From: Planctomycetota bacterium
Lineage (GTDB): Bacteria > Planctomycetota > JAJSAM01 > JAJVHW01
Length of the DNA stretch: 64,000 nucleotides
Assembly (NCBI GenBank): GCA_022072415.1
Contig: JAJVHW010000002.1
Coordinates: 591-64,590 of the forward strand
Reading direction: 5' to 3'
Position 1 is the first letter of the stretch. Each line of letters begins with the position of its first letter. Of this stretch, positions 63,038 to 64,000 are shown one piece after another. A program made the translations under genes and the position numbers. The notes under the pieces are model-generated. The model was not told the DNA's origin, made no database searches, and saw nothing but the letters and a program-made list of their open reading frames with translations.

Positions 63038-64000
63038 TCAGATCCGCTTCACGACGATCAGGCTGCGGTCGTCGGCCTGCGGCGCGCCGGCGCACCAGCG
63101 GGACGCCTCGTCAAGCACCGCAGAGACGATCGACGCGGCCTCGCCGGAACGCGCGGCGACGACGACGGCGGCGAGCCGCGCCTCGCCGAACTCCTCCGTG
63201 CCGTCCGCCGGCCGGGCCTCCGTGATCCCGTCGGTGTAGGCGACGAGGACGTCGCCCGGACGGAGCACGGCCTCGCCCTCGGGGAACTCCGCATCGGGGA
63301 GGACGCCCAGCGGCGGCCCTCCGGCCGAGATCCACTCGGCGGCGCCGCACGCGCGCACGATCAGGGCGGGATTGTGCCCCGCGTCCGCGAACGCGACGCG
63401 GCCGGTCGAGCCGTCCACCTCCGCATGCCACGCGGTGAGGAAGAGGTCGGCGCGCGTGAGGTCGTCGTAGAGCGCGCGGCCGGTCCGCTCGAGCACACGC
63501 CCCGGGGCCCCGCCCGCGAGGATCTCGGAGCGGAGCGCCGACCGCGCCGCCGTCTGGAGCAGCGCCGCGGCGAGGTTGTGGCCCGAGACGTCGGCGACGA
63601 GCAGCCCCACGGCGCCGGTCGCGGAGACGACGTGATCGTAGTAGTCGCCGCCCACGTTCGACGCGGGGTTGCAGGCGCCCGCCACGTCGAGCCCCGCCAC
63701 CCGCGGAGGCGACGCGGGGAGGAGGCTCTGCTGGATCGACCGCGCGATCCGGAGCTCGCGCTCGTAGCCGGCGAGCCGCTGGTTCTCGACGAGCATCGCG
63801 GCGTGGGACGCGAGCGCGGAGGCGAGCTTCACGTCCGACGACGTGAACGCCGCGCCGTCGGTGCGGTCCGCGAACTGGAGCAGCCCGACCGGCAAGCGGT
63901 CGTCCCGCCCGCCGAGGACCATCGGCACGGTGAGGAGGCTCCGCGCGGCGCTCCGCTCCCACCCGTGGAGCTCCGTCGCCGCGACGCCGGCCGCGTCGTC
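63038..64000 (-). CDS. GAF-PP2C (SpoIIE/RsbU-type) serine phosphatase, 5' end beyond the window
   Basis: PP2C motifs are GGDYYD, LLVADVSGHN, YTDGITEA and ADDRSLIVV. The frame stays open upstream to 64000 (..ATELHGWERSAARSLLTVPMVLGG, GAF-like). Confidence 0.8.
   Translation of the reverse strand, partial: DDAAGVAATELHGWERSAARSLLTVPMVLGGRDDRLPVGLLQFADRTDGAAFTSSDVKLASALASHAAMLVENQRLAGYERELRIARSIQQSLLPASPPRVAGLDVAGACNPASNVGGDYYDHVVSATGAVGLLVADVSGHNLAAALLQTAARSALRSEILAGGAPGRVLERTGRALYDDLTRADLFLTAWHAEVDGSTGRVAFADAGHNPALIVRACGAAEWISAGGPPLGVLPDAEFPEGEAVLRPGDVLVAYTDGITEARPADGTEEFGEARLAAVVVAARSGEAASIVSAVLDEASRWCAGAPQADDRSLIVVKRI

Overview
This is a 64-kb piece of a very GC-rich (roughly 70 percent) bacterial chromosome of Gram-negative type, judging by a TonB-dependent receptor, outer-membrane barrels and a sigma-54 activator. 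I call about 50 protein genes and one tRNA. Frames were chosen by amino-acid composition: real frames contain K/N/F/Y/I, while shadow frames are R/P/A/G-rich. Many genes are joined by 1- to 8-nt start/stop overlaps (ATGA, GTGA, TTGA, TGATG). Non-ATG starts are common. Positions 890-6250 are an accessory island anchored on tRNA-Asn(GUU). It holds two modules, each built as conserved 300-bp arm A, a 23-bp core, a single cargo gene, the same core again, and conserved arm B. It also holds a remnant of a DUF2924-type recombinase module, a hicAB pair whose toxin carries an in-frame TAG, and an IS256-family element freshly inserted into the second cargo gene. No recombinase is present. This cassette-like architecture is the most unusual thing in the window. 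The remaining content, in order: a TonB receptor/ABC import operon with a long leader; a porin-kdpFABC cluster with a split KdpD, a separate histidine kinase, an NtrC-type activator and a good sigma-54 promoter candidate; a small TIR (MITE-like) repeat family around an MBL-fold gene; a VIT-VWA-HEAT giant protein operon; a 1536-aa surface protein ending in 17 perfect IVAAGG octapeptide units, next to an SBBP propeller protein and an OM barrel; purE-purK fused in an operon with a bicarbonate-transporter/PII pair behind an attenuator-like leader; and a housekeeping block (comM-like, S41 peptidase, pgeF, AI-2E, holB, tmk, aminotransferase, a PafBC-like WYL pair, and a two-component system plus PP2C phosphatase). 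All functional calls rest on motif recognition by eye. No database search was run.
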